From NCBI GenBank assembly GCA_039935515.1, contig JBDTKD010000175.1:1-37117 (forward strand): a DNA stretch of 37,117 nucleotides, given 5' to 3'. Source of the DNA: Bradyrhizobium sp. Its GTDB lineage: Bacteria > Pseudomonadota > Alphaproteobacteria > Rhizobiales > Xanthobacteraceae. The notes below the pieces were generated by a model. The model did not search any database. It had not been told where the DNA came from and saw nothing but the letters and a program-made list of their open reading frames with translations. Made by a program: the position numbers and the translations under genes. Positions 35,068 to 37,117 of the stretch are shown here, one piece after another. The number at the start of each line of letters is the position of its first letter. Within the stretch, counting starts at the first letter, position 1.

Positions 35068-35835
35068 TCACACTTCCGGGAACCCGCGCAGCAGATAGGA
35101 CCGCACCGCCTGCAGCAGGCCGTTGAGAATGAGACCCAACAGCGAGATCGTGATCAGCGGAACGAACATGTCGACGGCCTGGAATGTCCTTGCCGCGGTC
35201 ACCAGCACATGGCCGAGGCCATCGGTCGAGGTGATCATTTCGGCGAGGAATACCACAATGCAGGAAATCACCAGCCCGATGCGGCAGCCGGTGAGGATCG
35301 ACGGCACCGCCGCCGGCAGCACCACCTTGAACAGGATCTGGCGGCGCGGCGTTCCCGCCGCCATCGCCGACCAGATCAGCTTCTGCTCCACCATCGAGGC
35401 GCCGTAATAGGTCGACAGCAAAATCGGAAACAACGCGTCGGCGACCACCAGCGTTATTTTCGATTCGTGGCCAAATCCCAGCAGCAGCAGCAGCGCCGGA
35501 TACAGCGCGACCTTGGGCAGCGGTGCCAGCACCCGAACAATGGGACGCACCACGGCATTGACGGCGGGGCTGGTCGCCGCTGCGAGGCCGATGGCAACGC
35601 CGAGGATCACCGCAATCGAGAATCCCGCAAACAGCCGGAACAGCGTCGCGGCGATTTCCTGCTGATAGCTGCTGGTGGCAAGCTGCTGGACGAGACGGGT
35701 GAACACAAGCCCCGGCGGCGGCAGCAGCGTCGCCGGAGCATAACCGAACGATGCCAGCGCCTGCCACAGCGCGACCAGCAGCGCGATCGGCACGATCCCC
35801 AGCAGCACATCCGATGTGACCGCGCGCGCGTTCAT
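35068..35835 (-). CDS. NitT/TauT-family ABC permease
   Basis: LLPPP, PLPKVALYP, EAA-like loop SAMAAG..KVVLPAAVP, FLAEM. ATGA overlap. 255 aa. Confidence 0.9.
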   Translation of the reverse strand: MNARAVTSDVLLGIVPIALLVALWQALASFGYAPATLLPPPGLVFTRLVQQLATSSYQQEIAATLFRLFAGFSIAVILGVAIGLAAATSPAVNAVVRPIVRVLAPLPKVALYPALLLLLGFGHESKITLVVADALFPILLSTYYGASMVEQKLIWSAMAAGTPRRQILFKVVLPAAVPSILTGCRIGLVISCIVVFLAEMITSTDGLGHVLVTAARTFQAVDMFVPLITISLLGLILNGLLQAVRSYLLRGFPEV

Positions 35836-36617
35836 GCGAAGCTCAGTGGCATGTCGAAGCGCGGCTCGGACCATCGCACCAGCCTGCCGCGCAGCCTTTC
35901 GAATGCGGCATCGAGGCCGATGCCCATCGCGCCGACAATGATGATCATGGCAAATACGGTGTCGTACTGTCCCATGTCGAGCGCATTGAACAGGATGTTT
36001 CCAGCGCCGGATTGCCGCGCGATCATCTCGCTGGTGATCATGGTGATCAGCGCCAGCACCAGCCCGGTCCGGCAGCCGGCGAGGATTTCCGGCAGCGCCG
36101 CCGGCAGCACGATCCGCACCATGCGCTGCGCCGCGGACAGCCCCATGGCGGCGCCCGACCACAGCATCTTTTCCTCGACCGCCTTGGCGCCCTGAAAGCT
36201 GTGATAGATCACGGGCAGGCTGACACCGAGAAAGATCACCAGCATCTTGGCGACATCGCCGACCCCGAGCCAGAGCATGATGATCGGCATCAGCGCCGCC
36301 TTCGGCACCGGATAGGTGATCATCAGCAGCGGATTGAAAAACGCCGCCACGTTGCGGCTGCGGCCCATCATCAGTCCGAGCGGGATCGAGACCAGAATGG
36401 CGACCCCAAAACCGACTGCCATGCGGCGCAGCGAAGCGAGGATATTGATCAGGGATTCCTTGTCGCCAAGAATGGAGGGGATGGCACGGATCGCTTGCAG
36501 CGCGGTGGGAAAGCTGTCGGTGTTGAGGATCAGCGCGGCGACCTGCCAGATAGCGAGCAGACCAAGGCAGGCGAGCAAGGGCGCCGATCGCGACAGCAGC
36601 GTGCGTGCCGTCATCAT
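35832..36617 (-). CDS. NitT/TauT-family ABC permease
   Basis: SLRRM, YPVPKAALMP, IVLPAALPEI, SEMI..GAG. 261 aa. Confidence 0.9.
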   Translation of the reverse strand: MMTARTLLSRSAPLLACLGLLAIWQVAALILNTDSFPTALQAIRAIPSILGDKESLINILASLRRMAVGFGVAILVSIPLGLMMGRSRNVAAFFNPLLMITYPVPKAALMPIIMLWLGVGDVAKMLVIFLGVSLPVIYHSFQGAKAVEEKMLWSGAAMGLSAAQRMVRIVLPAALPEILAGCRTGLVLALITMITSEMIARQSGAGNILFNALDMGQYDTVFAMIIIVGAMGIGLDAAFERLRGRLVRWSEPRFDMPLSFA

Positions 36618-37117
36618 GGACGCAATTCCTCTTCACCGGTGTCGTCGATCAGGCACTCGATATCGACCACGTATTTCTGATAGCGGGGATCGAGCAGCAG
36701 CTCCGCCCGGCGGCGCGGTCGCGGCAGATCGATATCGACGATCTCCTTGATCCGGCCGGGTGAGCGCGTCATCACCACCACCCTGTCGGACAGGAACACC
36801 GCCTCCTCGACCGAATGGGTGACGAACAGCACCGTCTTACGGTCGCGCTCCCAGATGTTGAGCAGATCGTTCTGCAGCCTGGTGCGGGTGTGCGCATCGA
36901 GCGCACCGAACGGCTCGTCCATCAGCAGCACCGCCGGGTGATAGGCCATCGTGCGCGCCAGCGCGACGCGCTGCTTCATGCCGCCGGACAATTCCTTGGG
37001 ATAGAAATCCTCAAAGCCCTTGAGCCCTACCATTTCGATCAGCCGGCGGCTCTGCGCTTCGGCCTCTTCACGCTTCACGCCCTGCTGCCGCGGGCCATAC
37101 ATCACATTGCCAAGCAC
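36614..37117 (-). CDS. NitT/TauT-family ABC ATP-binding protein (5'-truncated by window edge)
   Basis: YPKELSGGMKQR, LLMDEPFGALD, VTHSVEEA, PGRIK. Confidence 0.9.
   Translation of the reverse strand: MLGNVMYGPRQQGVKREEAEAQSRRLIEMVGLKGFEDFYPKELSGGMKQRVALARTMAYHPAVLLMDEPFGALDAHTRTRLQNDLLNIWERDRKTVLFVTHSVEEAVFLSDRVVVMTRSPGRIKEIVDIDLPRPRRRAELLLDPRYQKYVVDIECLIDDTGEEELRP

Overview
GC-rich alphaproteobacterial chromosomal segment, Bradyrhizobium-like by gene content and repeat types (inference). It holds about 36 CDS, nearly all catabolic, transport or regulatory. (1) 1-10.9 kb: GNAT, divergent DapA-family lyase, TauT ATPase, cupin, ThDP enzyme, IclR and a Liv-type ABC transporter with a LivM-LivG-LivF triple fusion. 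(2) 11.1-15.2 kb: TRAP transporter (DctP plus fused DctQM) and an SDR. (3) 15.4-28 kb: aerobic anthranilate/salicylate CoA-dependent (abm-like) cluster, extended by an arylformamidase-like hydrolase, two cupins and a PhzS-like flavin monooxygenase, with a MarR regulator. (4) 28-37 kb: hydrolase, acyl-CoA dehydrogenase, CoA ligase, opine-dehydrogenase-like enzyme, 3-hydroxyacyl-CoA dehydrogenase, NicX-family dioxygenase and a TauT ABC transporter. Intergenic DNA carries four families of palindromic REP-like elements, and one family (about 16 copies) occupies all five convergent gene junctions. Main highlights: a small stand-alone GIY-YIG nuclease gene bracketed by 51-bp inverted copies (49/51 identical) of that REP family, resembling a REPtron with GIY-YIG instead of RAYT; a five-site TTTA-N4-T(A/C)AA candidate MarR operator regulon; and a plausible uncharacterised N-heteroaromatic to N-formylanthranilate to anthraniloyl-CoA pathway. 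No rRNA, tRNA, CRISPR array or classical IS was recognised. All family assignments come from motif recognition by eye, not from database searches.
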